This document shows positions 54,290 to 63,664 of a stretch of DNA of 64,000 nt, piece by piece. Numbering within the stretch: position 1 is the stretch's first letter; every line of letters begins with the position of its first letter. Source of the DNA: a virus. The stretch covers positions 1-64,000 of IMG/VR virus record IMGVR_UViG_3300042868_012479. The stretch is one strand, 5' to 3'. Below the pieces are notes generated by a model that had not been told where the DNA came from, did not search any database, and was given only the letters and a program-made list of their open reading frames with translations. Position numbers and translations under genes: made by a program.

Positions 54290-55153
54290 TTAGGCTGCAA
54301 TCGACACAATCTGCGCCGTGCTGGAATCATACTGCAGGTTGAACTCAAGATCAACCTTGATGATGTCCTCTCGTGTGAACGGAATGTTGTGCTGGTAAAT
54401 GCACGCCTTATAGGCCGTAATGGCCACCGTCTGCGAGGGGTCGTCCGAGCGGGTGTGCGTGAATTCAGCGCGAACCGGCCGGTTGCGAAGCATTGACAAG
54501 TCCAGTGGGTTGACAGCCGCCGTACCAAAGTTAAGGCTTTCGCGGAAGTTCAACGTGCCTGGGTAAATAGAGGTGCTTGCGTTGTTTGACGCAGTAACGC
54601 TAAACAAACGCTGGAATCGCATCGGGTCCATCTCAAGGCCGCGAACACGGATGGTTGACTTACCACCAAAGTGGGCTTTGGCAATTGGGAAGTTGTACTG
54701 GCCAGAGAACTCACGCTCCTGGAAGGTAATCTCGAACTCGACGTCGCCGCCGATTTCTCCGATGTCCTGCATACCCTTGTACTGCGCAAGATCAGCGCCT
54801 GCCGGGTCGGCAAGGGATGTAACGCTAAGAGTTGTAGTACCGGCGCCTACAGATCCCTGAAGCCAGTCGTAGTTATTTACAGTTCCAACATAGACGTCAT
54901 AGCCCGAAGTTGCGCCCGTGAGGGCCGTCCAGGAGACATCAAGCTTTCCGGTAGCGCTTAGGACGACGATGTACGTCGCCGAAGGGCTGGCGACGCCAGC
55001 GGCGTTCTTTCCGGCGACACGTACATAGTACGTGCCGGCCGGAACTGAACCGCTAGCAGTAGAGGGGGTCACAGACACGCCGGACACCTGTGTATACAGG
55101 CCGCCGCTGAGCCATGTTCCGAGCTTAAGACGACCGCTTCCGAGAGTAAACAT
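54290..55153 (-). CDS. Tail tube protein paralogue 2 with Ig/FN3-like insert
   Basis: Shares TLGSG, GExGGDVEFxIxFQEREF, HxRSDDPS, PFTREDI with 55177 gene. Confidence 0.75.
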   Translation of the reverse strand: MFTLGSGRLKLGTWLSGGLYTQVSGVSVTPSTASGSVPAGTYYVRVAGKNAAGVASPSATYIVVLSATGKLDVSWTALTGATSGYDVYVGTVNNYDWLQGSVGAGTTTLSVTSLADPAGADLAQYKGMQDIGEIGGDVEFEITFQEREFSGQYNFPIAKAHFGGKSTIRVRGLEMDPMRFQRLFSVTASNNASTSIYPGTLNFRESLNFGTAAVNPLDLSMLRNRPVRAEFTHTRSDDPSQTVAITAYKACIYQHNIPFTREDIIKVDLEFNLQYDSSTAQIVSIAA

Positions 55154-55176
55154 ATCCGTGACCCCCTAATCTACTA

Positions 55177-55860
55177 TTACGCTTCGATGACGACGACCGA
55201 TGGGGTCGCTGTCGAAGAGCCAGATGTAACCTTGCAATCGCGGTCCACAATGGCCGAGAAGTTAATGTCCTGACGGGCAATATCTTCACGGGTGAACGGC
55301 ATTGTCAGCTGCATGCTGTATGCCTTCGGAAGGTGAATGATCACCGACTTCGAAGGGTCATCCGAGCGAATGTGCTCAAACTTTACATACAGAGGGCGTG
55401 GCAGACCCATGAGGGCCGTCACGTTGCTGATGGTATTGTTTGGACGGCCGCCATCTGGGTCAAAGTTGACCGAGTACTGCCCGCCGCTGAAGTTGTCATG
55501 TGCATAGCCATACGCCGTATCGCTAAGGGTAAGGTCCGTGCTGTTCGTGGTCTTCGACTCACCGAGCGAAACGTGGAAGAGGTTCTTCACGTTGTCCCAG
55601 TTGATCTCGACGCCACGTGCGCGGATTTCGGCCTTGCCGCCGAAGAACGCCTTAGCGATTGGGAAGTTTGACTGACCAAAGAACTCACGCTCCTGGAAGT
55701 TGATGTCGAACTCGACGTCGCCGCCGACTTCGCCAACTGTTACCAGCTCGTTAGTATTGCCATAGCCATTCGTGCTACTAAAATACTGTGATGTCTGACC
55801 GATGACCGCTCCGGACTTCCAGAACGCCACCTTGACCACACCAGATCCAAGTGTAAGCAT
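55177..55860 (-). CDS. Tail tube (major tail) protein paralogue 1
   Basis: Synteny after tail terminator; beta-rich. Confidence 0.75.
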   Translation of the reverse strand: MLTLGSGVVKVAFWKSGAVIGQTSQYFSSTNGYGNTNELVTVGEVGGDVEFDINFQEREFFGQSNFPIAKAFFGGKAEIRARGVEINWDNVKNLFHVSLGESKTTNSTDLTLSDTAYGYAHDNFSGGQYSVNFDPDGGRPNNTISNVTALMGLPRPLYVKFEHIRSDDPSKSVIIHLPKAYSMQLTMPFTREDIARQDINFSAIVDRDCKVTSGSSTATPSVVVIEA

Positions 55861-55870
55861 TTTATTTCTC

Positions 55871-56269
55871 CTATGTTTTGATGACGCTGTATCGGATCAC
55901 TCGCCGATACTCCAGACTCGGGTCGTCGTAATAGTCCCGTTCTGCCACTTTATGCGAAAGATGCAGCACTATTCCATTCGGCCCGGAGAGGCGTTTCCTA
56001 TTAAGCACCACATCTACTCGGTTGCCAATAGTGTTCATCTCTGCGGCACTGGCTCTGCTGGTTACCAACACATCCACGACCGGGCGGTCAACGTTCAGGG
56101 CAACATCGCTGCCCCCTGAGTAGATAGCCACACGGATGGAGGGCGGGTTGCTCTTTCCCTGGTGGTATACTGGATACACCTTTTTGTCCGTGCTGGTGCC
56201 GCCAAGCAGCGTTTGAAGCTGCGTGTCGGTGCTTAGCGCGGAGAAAAATGCTTCATATATTCCTACCAT
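55871..56269 (-). CDS. Tail terminator/completion protein
   Basis: Size and synteny; LQTLLGG...KVYP; start MVGIYE follows TAGACC-17-TAAAAT-N7. Confidence 0.65.
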   Translation of the reverse strand: MVGIYEAFFSALSTDTQLQTLLGGTSTDKKVYPVYHQGKSNPPSIRVAIYSGGSDVALNVDRPVVDVLVTSRASAAEMNTIGNRVDVVLNRKRLSGPNGIVLHLSHKVAERDYYDDPSLEYRRVIRYSVIKT

Positions 56270-56398
56270 GCTGGCTATTTTAGTGGTTGACATAGACTGG
56301 GTCTATGTTCAAAACATCTACATTTTCCACACTTACCACACATTCGGTGTTTGATTGTGATATGCTGTCATCGGCCAGTAGGCCAGAAGGAGCAAAAC

Positions 56399-56548
56399 AT
56401 GGGTTTCAAAGAAGTGTTCGCAAAGCTTTTCCGCAAGGGCGGCAAGGCAAAGGTGGCAAAGGCCGCCAAGGCAAAGAAGGGCCCTACGAAGGCCCCAGTC
56501 AAGGCCGCAACTCGGGTTGCGAAGAAGCCTGCTTCTAGCAAGAAGTAG
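56399..56548 (+). CDS. 49-aa Lys/Ala-rich basic peptide
   Basis: AAGGAG RBS; MGFKEVFAKLFRKGGKAKVAKAAKAKK... Confidence 0.7.
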   Translation: MGFKEVFAKLFRKGGKAKVAKAAKAKKGPTKAPVKAATRVAKKPASSKK

Positions 56549-56559
56549 TTGGAGGCCTG

Positions 56560-57840
56560 ATGACTCAACCGTACAAGGCAATTCGACCCTGGACGGCCTC
56601 TGAGAAGCAGGACGCTGTTCGCCTTGAAATTAAAGAGTTCCTCAGTGCTCACCCGGACCGTACTGCTACGGCATACCGGCTGATGAGGGGCCGACTTCTT
56701 CGGGGCGAAAAGTCGTTTATTGATCGGCGTAAGTTTAATGGCCGTTCGCGGGACATTATCCCGAACACGCTCGGCTCAGTGATTGCCTCAATTGGCAAAC
56801 AGGAGGTTGACGTGGTTCACGAGGTTGCTGAGAAAGAGATTGCTTCCTATGAGGCAATTAGCGAAATTGAACGTCTAAAGTCCGCTCATCGCAAGGCATT
56901 GAAGAAGTTAGACGACAAGGAGCGGGACCGCAGCGAGTTGATCGAAGCGGTGTATCAGGCGGCCCGAGAGGCAGCCACGGCAATGCACCTTGCTCCAGTA
57001 AAGCCGCCAAAGTCAGACAATCGAAAGACTGATGACGAGACCGCAATTTTAATTCTTTCTGACTGGCAGCTTGGAAAAATTACCCCTACGTATAGCTCTG
57101 AGGTTTGTGCAGAGCGCATTGAAAAGCTTGCCGGAAAGGTGCAGCGCCTGGTCGATATCCAGCGCAAGGCACACCCGGTAAAGGAGCTACGCGTGTATCT
57201 CCTTGGCGACTTGATTGAGGGAGAAGATATTTTCCCAGGTCAGGCGCATCTTGTAGATGCATCCTTGTACAACCAGGTGTTCCACGGGGGCGAAATTCTT
57301 GCGGGGCTTATTCGTAAGCTTAGCGGGGACTTTGAAAAGGTTCGAGTTGTTGGTGTTATCGGTAATCATGGCCGGCTTGGTAGGAAGGGCACATTCCACC
57401 CTGAGTCCAATGCCGATGCAATGATGTACCGGATCGCCTCAATGCTTGTAAAAGAGCAGGCAAACGTGGAGTGGGTTGAAACGCTTGCCAAGGGCGAGCG
57501 AGCATGGTTTGCCACTGACGAGGTCAAGGGTAAGACGTGGTTCCTATTCCATGGTGATCAGGTCTCCGGCGGCTTTGCCGGATTCCCTTGGTATGGCTTC
57601 GGCAAGAAGCTGCAGGGGTGGAACATGACTGTAGCGCGGTTTGATTACAGCGTTGCAGGGCATTTCCATACACCAACCCGAATGTACCTAAACGGAATTA
57701 CGCACTGGAGCGGTGGTTCAACCGAAAGCTCCAATACGTATGCGCAGGAGCAGCTTGCTTCTGCTGGTGAGCCGTGCCAATGGCTGCTGTTCCAGCACGA
57801 ATCTGGGGTTACGGCAGAGTATTTGGTACGCCTCGACTAA
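56560..57840 (+). CDS. Calcineurin-like metallophosphoesterase with N-terminal coiled coil
   Basis: SDWQLG, GDLIEG, GNHG, FHGD, GHFH. Confidence 0.88.
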   Translation: MTQPYKAIRPWTASEKQDAVRLEIKEFLSAHPDRTATAYRLMRGRLLRGEKSFIDRRKFNGRSRDIIPNTLGSVIASIGKQEVDVVHEVAEKEIASYEAISEIERLKSAHRKALKKLDDKERDRSELIEAVYQAAREAATAMHLAPVKPPKSDNRKTDDETAILILSDWQLGKITPTYSSEVCAERIEKLAGKVQRLVDIQRKAHPVKELRVYLLGDLIEGEDIFPGQAHLVDASLYNQVFHGGEILAGLIRKLSGDFEKVRVVGVIGNHGRLGRKGTFHPESNADAMMYRIASMLVKEQANVEWVETLAKGERAWFATDEVKGKTWFLFHGDQVSGGFAGFPWYGFGKKLQGWNMTVARFDYSVAGHFHTPTRMYLNGITHWSGGSTESSNTYAQEQLASAGEPCQWLLFQHESGVTAEYLVRLD

Positions 57841-58529
57841 GCGAGGCCGGCCTTACGAAGTTTGTAGCGGCGCTGACGCATGATCTTGAGATATTGAGAT
57901 CTGCTCAGCCCGCTCAGCTTCTTATAGCCAAACCCGCGCCCAGACTGAGTCCCAACGGCCCCAGCGCCAAACTTCTTTGCAAGACGCTGGATGGATCGCG
58001 GAGAAAGCTTTTGCTTTACTGCACCGTATGGAGAAGCCCCCTCGGCAGCCGCCTGAACCGCCTGTGCAATATTTACTGCCATCGATGCGGCAAGGGCGGC
58101 GGCAATTCCCTGAAGTGTCGGCATAAACTTTGCGGACGGCTCGCTCAAGAAATCAATTCCGGTGCTATCCCCATACGGGTTGCCCTTTTGGGTCGGATCT
58201 GTGCCGTACTCAACGCCAATGACCGCCACGGCGCCGGCGCCACTTGCCTGCACGGAAAAGATAGACTGGGACTGCCTTTTCTTTGCAAACCCTTCGTTTG
58301 AGTCTGGGGAGACAAGGCCGGCCACAAGGGCCCCGGTATCAACGGGCGCAAGCTCTGCCGCCATTGCGGCCAACCCATCCCCATCGGAGTACACAGCGGC
58401 CTCTACAAGGGGCAATGCAGCCTGCGTAAAGGCCTGCGCGGAAGTATCTGAGGAGTATTGCAGGGCCTGCCCAACCGCCCTGAGTTTCTTTGTTGCTGAG
58501 GACACATTGATATTAACCCTTGCGGCCAT
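57837..58529 (-). CDS. HK97 gp10-like neck protein
   Basis: AAELAPVDTGAL...VEYGT...FM.P. Confidence 0.75.
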   Translation of the reverse strand: MAARVNINVSSATKKLRAVGQALQYSSDTSAQAFTQAALPLVEAAVYSDGDGLAAMAAELAPVDTGALVAGLVSPDSNEGFAKKRQSQSIFSVQASGAGAVAVIGVEYGTDPTQKGNPYGDSTGIDFLSEPSAKFMPTLQGIAAALAASMAVNIAQAVQAAAEGASPYGAVKQKLSPRSIQRLAKKFGAGAVGTQSGRGFGYKKLSGLSRSQYLKIMRQRRYKLRKAGLA

Positions 58530-58531
58530 AA

Positions 58532-58861
58532 TTACCTTTCAACAATCCAGGCCTCAACCAACAGATGATGCTTCAAAGATTCCTCGTTAACAGAAGCAAC
58601 AGTAAACTCGCTGCCGTTGGACAAGAGCGTGTCGTTGACCTGTGGCCGGTCTGAGCCGGAAACATACGGTATCCAAAATTTAAACACCGATTTGGCTGTT
58701 CGCCCAGCTGGGCTTGGCTGATCGTTGCCATAAGCCTGCTGATAATGGCCCTTCTTTGTCCAGACCAGAGTGTTAACAATGACTGGTGAGCCCATAGAAT
58801 CTTGCGACACTTGGCCTTTTCTCTGAAGAGAGATTTGACTAATGAAACCAGGGAGGCTCAT
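58532..58861 (-). CDS. Head closure / head-tail joining protein
   Basis: Size and synteny; QDSMGSP; beta-rich. Confidence 0.7.
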   Translation of the reverse strand: MSLPGFISQISLQRKGQVSQDSMGSPVIVNTLVWTKKGHYQQAYGNDQPSPAGRTAKSVFKFWIPYVSGSDRPQVNDTLLSNGSEFTVASVNEESLKHHLLVEAWIVER

Positions 58862-59790
58862 CGAATTGCCGTCCGGATGTAGGCATCAAGCATCAACGTA
58901 GCTGCAAGCGGGATAGATGCAAGTGGGTCTCGTTTGCTTCGGGTTCCTCCCGCACCGGACTGGTCTGCGTAAATTTCCATCTCGCCCACGCGGAGGCGGC
59001 TAATCCCCTGAAGTCCTTGCTTTGCCACATTGTCCTTGGCAAGAAGGTCTATTGTAATCAGCGCAGCAGCGTCCTTAATGTCCTGGGGAATTAGGACGTT
59101 TCCATGCCTGTAGGTAATTTCCGCAACGGGCTCAATCATTCCCAGAGCAACAATTGCAGGGAATAGTGAGTACGTTACATTGGCAAGACTGGTGATTTCA
59201 ACGTAGCCACGGTCGTCATTAATAAAAATGTCATTAACGGTAAACGCAGCGGACTGGAGCGCGCTAACGTAAATCCTAACCGACTCAACGCTCACAATCC
59301 CTTTATGCCGAGGGTAAATGCGCCGAGTTGCCTGGTCCCACTTGTGCCGCTCAACGGACCTGCGGTGGTCAAATGAATACCCAACATACGAGTCAATCAT
59401 CGAGCTGGCCATTTTTACAACTGCCCGAATCTTCTGATCGCTAACTTCGGTTCCATCTGGAAGGGAAAGGTCTCCAAGCTCGTACTCTCTAAACTCTGAA
59501 ACCGTTAGATACCCCTCAACTCTGCCAATAATGTTAGAGCTCCAGGCACCGTTTGCCCCAGAGCCAGAGTTATTTAGCCTATATGCGTAATAGTGAGTTA
59601 AGTCTCCCTCTGCGTCGCTATAGGTATAGGACGACACATTGGCCACAAGGGAAACATACCCGAGAAGCTCCCAGGTACCAGACTTTGCCGTAGCATCGGT
59701 CTCATTATCTGCCCGGCCAACCTGAATGCGGTTGTACGTGCTGATATCCGAGATAATGCCTGGAACCGAGAGCGTTACAAGACTGGCCAT
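58858..59790 (-). CDS. Head-tail adaptor with N-terminal FN3-like domain
   Basis: YLTVSEF...ASSMIDSYVG...IPQDIKDAA; N-terminal YTYSD...YYAYR. Confidence 0.75.
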   Translation of the reverse strand: MASLVTLSVPGIISDISTYNRIQVGRADNETDATAKSGTWELLGYVSLVANVSSYTYSDAEGDLTHYYAYRLNNSGSGANGAWSSNIIGRVEGYLTVSEFREYELGDLSLPDGTEVSDQKIRAVVKMASSMIDSYVGYSFDHRRSVERHKWDQATRRIYPRHKGIVSVESVRIYVSALQSAAFTVNDIFINDDRGYVEITSLANVTYSLFPAIVALGMIEPVAEITYRHGNVLIPQDIKDAAALITIDLLAKDNVAKQGLQGISRLRVGEMEIYADQSGAGGTRSKRDPLASIPLAATLMLDAYIRTAIR

Positions 59791-59814
59791 TGTCTACCGC
59801 CTTTGTTTTGCTAA

Positions 59815-60129
59815 TTACAACGAACGAACGTGCTCAACCCACTTTGCAGGTACTGCTGCGCGGGTCTCGCCGCCGGACTGAACTGGGCGAACCCAGGTGC
59901 CATCTGGAAGCGTGAACGAGTGCGTAATGTTAAGGGCGATATTCCAGATCCCTGGAAGTGCCTCAAAGTCTTCGCCACGAGCTTGTACCTGGGTCGCAGC
60001 AGCCACTGGAGCGGCTACAGGAGCAACCACAGGCGCTGCTGCTGGGGTTTCGGCAACAACTACCGGCTCAGCCTCTGGCTCGGCGTCTGGTGCCTGATTA
60101 ATGCCAAATAGATTGTTAATGTCTACCAT
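59815..60129 (-). CDS. Hypothetical protein with Ala/Pro linker
   Basis: GGGAG RBS; ORF track. Confidence 0.7.
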   Translation of the reverse strand: MVDINNLFGINQAPDAEPEAEPVVVAETPAAAPVVAPVAAPVAAATQVQARGEDFEALPGIWNIALNITHSFTLPDGTWVRPVQSGGETRAAVPAKWVEHVRSL

Positions 60130-60143
60130 TTTTTATCTCCCTG

Positions 60144-60374
60144 CTAGATGCGCTTGCATCCGTGATGCTGCGCCTCCTGAAGAAGGCGTAGCGGAATCTT
60201 GGACCGATTGCCACGGAACTGTGCGGATGAACCATCCGAAAACATGATCCGTGTGCCGCCGGCCCATTCGATTTCTACCAAGTATGACGGGTCTTGCGCA
60301 ACAGCGAAAGCAATTGCTTTTCTGGCCATAAGCTCGTCAAAGGTAATTTTCCTGTTCTTACGTCGTTTTGCCAT
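60144..60374 (-). CDS. Small basic hypothetical protein
   Basis: GAGG RBS; ORF track. Confidence 0.65.
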   Translation of the reverse strand: MAKRRKNRKITFDELMARKAIAFAVAQDPSYLVEIEWAGGTRIMFSDGSSAQFRGNRSKIPLRLLQEAQHHGCKRI

Positions 60375-60387
60375 GGATAACCTCTAA

Positions 60388-60420
60388 TGCAAAGGGGGCG
60401 GGGTCACTCACCCCGCCCCC
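60388..60420 (-). terminator. Terminator after capsid gene
   Basis: GGGGGCGGGGT-GAGTG-ACCCCGCCCCC-TTT. Confidence 0.75.
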
Positions 60421-60445
60421 CAGGCATTTCAGAGACCTGCGTCGA

Positions 60446-61675
60446 TTAGATCGAAACGCGGATCTTCCCGTTGAACTGCGGAGCCTTGTTCGCAAGACCA
60501 AACATGCAGTACATGATGTACAGGCGTGAAAGCGAGCCGTTCACACCAACTGGAATCTCGAGCGTGGTGATCGAGTCCGAACCAAGGTACGGCATCGACC
60601 AGACCGACTCGTCCACGACATACATGTCGCGGTAAGCTACCGAGCTATAGGTATACGTCCCGATTGCGGTGCCAGGGATAGCCAGGAGCGGAAGCTCGCC
60701 AGCAGCCGTGACAACGGAACCAAGAGCAAGACCCGCTACTTCGCTTGAGCGGCTCGCGCCGTTGTAGCGAACAAGGTTCGTGACTTCGTTGACCAAACCA
60801 GCGTAGTCGGTTGGGTTCAAAGCGATTGCCGAAGGATTGCCACCGGCGCTAAGGATATCAGCAACGTTGTTGTTGATAACGCTTAGGTAGGAAGCAGTTC
60901 CCTTGTTGGCAATCTGAGCCTGAGCAGCAGTTGCGCCAAGGAGCTTGCGGAGACCATCGAATCCGTTCGCATCGTATGCGCCGAATTCAGTGGCCGCGCC
61001 AGCGCCCGAGGTGACTGTTGAGTTACCCTGGAAGAGAGTCTTCTGGAGCTTGTTTGCGATGGCAGTGACGCCACCCTCAAGCTCGGTCGAAAGGCCCTGC
61101 TGCCCCGGAGCGCCGCCCTGGGTAATCGCAAACTGCGACTTCAGGGTGATACCACGGCGGGTTGCCAAGACGGACACGTTGGTCGTCTGGCGCGCATAGG
61201 TGTTTACATCGTCTGTAACGGTGCCGGTCTCCGTCTGGAAGACTGCATCGCCATAGGCCGACTGCTGGTTGAACGCATGCACGAGGCCGTTTGCTGGCTC
61301 CTTGCGAAGGCGGTCAAACATTGGGAACTTCTTTACGAAAAGAGCGTAAAGAATTGGCTCAAGATCCTGGCGGATAAGCGCTGCGCCACCGCTGGCATCA
61401 AGAAGCTTGGCAATGTTCGGGTTCGCAACCGCAAGGCGGTTAAGAACGTCGGACGAAGCCTGCTTGCCCGTCTCGCGGGTAGCCTGGATGTCAAGCATTT
61501 CGCCAAGTTCCGAGCGATTCATCTTCGTGAACTTCTTGCGAAGCTCGCGCTGAGTCGCATAGGCCTCGGCGACGTCGATATTTTCGTCAGCAACACGGCC
61601 GACGAGGTGAGGGGCGGTGCCAAGGGCATCAAGGCCCTTCTGCACTTCCTGCAGTTTCTCGTTAATTTCACTCAT
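60446..61675 (-). CDS. Major capsid protein (HK97 fold)
   Basis: Follows protease; AGGAG RBS at MSEINEK; ALIRQDLEP, TLFQGN, FDGLRK; terminator downstream. Confidence 0.88.
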   Translation of the reverse strand: MSEINEKLQEVQKGLDALGTAPHLVGRVADENIDVAEAYATQRELRKKFTKMNRSELGEMLDIQATRETGKQASSDVLNRLAVANPNIAKLLDASGGAALIRQDLEPILYALFVKKFPMFDRLRKEPANGLVHAFNQQSAYGDAVFQTETGTVTDDVNTYARQTTNVSVLATRRGITLKSQFAITQGGAPGQQGLSTELEGGVTAIANKLQKTLFQGNSTVTSGAGAATEFGAYDANGFDGLRKLLGATAAQAQIANKGTASYLSVINNNVADILSAGGNPSAIALNPTDYAGLVNEVTNLVRYNGASRSSEVAGLALGSVVTAAGELPLLAIPGTAIGTYTYSSVAYRDMYVVDESVWSMPYLGSDSITTLEIPVGVNGSLSRLYIMYCMFGLANKAPQFNGKIRVSI

Positions 61676-61680
61676 GATTT

Positions 61681-63474
61681 TTACTCCTGGTTGTCCAGCA
61701 TGCGCTGGATGACGGGCGAAAGCCAAGGGGCATTCGTCCCGGAATTGTTTGCAGCAACAGAATACGACTTGCGGCCCGATGGAAGATCCATCAGTCGCCC
61801 GACGACATCAAGTGCCTTAGCGAGGTCAGCCTCGACCGTGGCCTTCTGGCTAAGTAGTTCGGTCAGCTGAGCCTTAACGGCCGCGACCTCCTGCTGAGCC
61901 GCAAAGGCTGCATCCAGTGCAGACTTAGCGATAGCGGTCACCTCATCGATAGCCGAAGCTTCGACAGCAACCTCGGCCTCAGGCTCCACAGGGGCCACAA
62001 CGGGCTCCTCTGCAACCTCAGGCGCAACTTCGGGCTGCGGCTCTTCAGCCACAACCTCAGCTACAGGCTCGCCATCAGAGACGAGCTCAGCAACCTTAGA
62101 AATGATTCGCGCGCGCTCATCAGCGCTGGCGCGAACAAGGACGGCCCCAAGGTCCTGCAGAGCCTGAACGGCCGGATCAACGACCTCTTCAGCGGCAGGC
62201 TCCTCAGCGGCAGGCTCGTCAGCAACTGGCTCAGCGGCCGGCTCCTCGACGACTGGTTCCGCTACGGGCTCAACATCAGACTTGGCTACAGCGGCAGGTG
62301 CCTCTGCGCCTTCGGCCACCATGGCCTCGTTCTCTTCAGCAGGCTTAACCTTTTCCTTGTCATCGCTCTGCGTGACAGTGACGGTAACCCGCGTGGCTTT
62401 TTCAGCTTCCACGATAGTTTCTCCTTCAGCGAGCAAGGAATTAGCGGAACTATCCACATCGACCTTTTGCTCATATCCATCAACAACCCCCGCAGCGTCA
62501 ATTGAAGCTGCTGGCGTAGACTCAATTCCCGAAGGAGTTTCCTCCAAGGAATTATTAGTTTCGGCGGCACCTAGGCTGTCGCCATTGGAATCTTCGAAAA
62601 CAGTAACAACCTGGCCCTCAAAATCTAGAACGCTTTTAAGCGCTTCAATTTTGCGCAAGGTAGAGAATTTGTGCCCAACAAGCCTGTCGCTCGGCGCCCA
62701 CCCTTCGGACCCCTTTCGATAAACCCTAATTAGCGCAGCTGGGTCTTCTGGTGTCCCCGTAATCGTAAAATCAGAGTCAGGCACGTTAATATTGCCGTCT
62801 CGAACAACGCGGGTAATTTTGCCCCGGGCCGTTCCGCCGCTTGAGCCCCAGGCAACAAAATCACCGGTAGATAGACCTTCGGCCTTCTCGTCAACGACAA
62901 TTTCGCCGGAATTCTCTGCAGCCTTTAGGCTCTTGATGGCGTTCTGAAGATACGAACGCTGATTGGCGGGGATCCCGACGACCGACGCCTCCATCAGCTT
63001 GACAGAGTCAATAACGTAGCTATCCTCGCCGGTCTTTGCGTCCTTTCGCTTGGAGACGCGGTCGACGCGAGCGCCAATAGAAAGACCAAGCTTAACGCCA
63101 CGCTTAATTGCCTTAAAGGCACGCATTGCCTCAGGGTTCTCGTCTTCTTTACAGACAAGAACATCGATGTCCAGGTCATATACTTCTTGGCTAGTTTCCG
63201 CATCAAAACGCTTTACAATTCGAGCTTCGGTGACTGAGCCAAAAAGGTCCTCGGGAACGTTGTAATTGTGGTTAAGGAAGATTGTCATATTCTGCCGGGC
63301 TGTCTCTGCCATAGAAGAAATGGCGTTAAGAGTCATCTCGTCGCCGTGAAGGTCACGGATCGTCGAGGAGGTTGTCCCGGTAACGATGAGGTCGCCGTTT
63401 GGGGCCTCGTACGCCTTAAGCGCATTTGTATAAACCTTGAAATCCACAGATACCTCCATGTGATCAGCTGCCAT
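61681..63474 (-). CDS. Prohead protease fused to Tudor-like insert and acidic scaffold
   Basis: RDLHGDEM, FLNHN, GLSIGA, LMEASVVGIPAN; E/P/A-rich C-terminus; start may be GTG 63447. Confidence 0.88.
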   Translation of the reverse strand: MAADHMEVSVDFKVYTNALKAYEAPNGDLIVTGTTSSTIRDLHGDEMTLNAISSMAETARQNMTIFLNHNYNVPEDLFGSVTEARIVKRFDAETSQEVYDLDIDVLVCKEDENPEAMRAFKAIKRGVKLGLSIGARVDRVSKRKDAKTGEDSYVIDSVKLMEASVVGIPANQRSYLQNAIKSLKAAENSGEIVVDEKAEGLSTGDFVAWGSSGGTARGKITRVVRDGNINVPDSDFTITGTPEDPAALIRVYRKGSEGWAPSDRLVGHKFSTLRKIEALKSVLDFEGQVVTVFEDSNGDSLGAAETNNSLEETPSGIESTPAASIDAAGVVDGYEQKVDVDSSANSLLAEGETIVEAEKATRVTVTVTQSDDKEKVKPAEENEAMVAEGAEAPAAVAKSDVEPVAEPVVEEPAAEPVADEPAAEEPAAEEVVDPAVQALQDLGAVLVRASADERARIISKVAELVSDGEPVAEVVAEEPQPEVAPEVAEEPVVAPVEPEAEVAVEASAIDEVTAIAKSALDAAFAAQQEVAAVKAQLTELLSQKATVEADLAKALDVVGRLMDLPSGRKSYSVAANNSGTNAPWLSPVIQRMLDNQE

Positions 63475-63664
63475 CTTGTGGCCGCCCTGGCTATCAGTCA
63501 ACCATATACTAATCTTTACGAGCACTATATGGTGCCGATAAATTGACCCCGTTGTGGTAGATGATTAACAGATATTAACCACAAAAACAAAGCTGCGGAC
63601 AATACGTGGATATTCTACGTCAATGTTGCCTCTTGGCAGCTTGACGGTTTGCTATGATGCCAGC

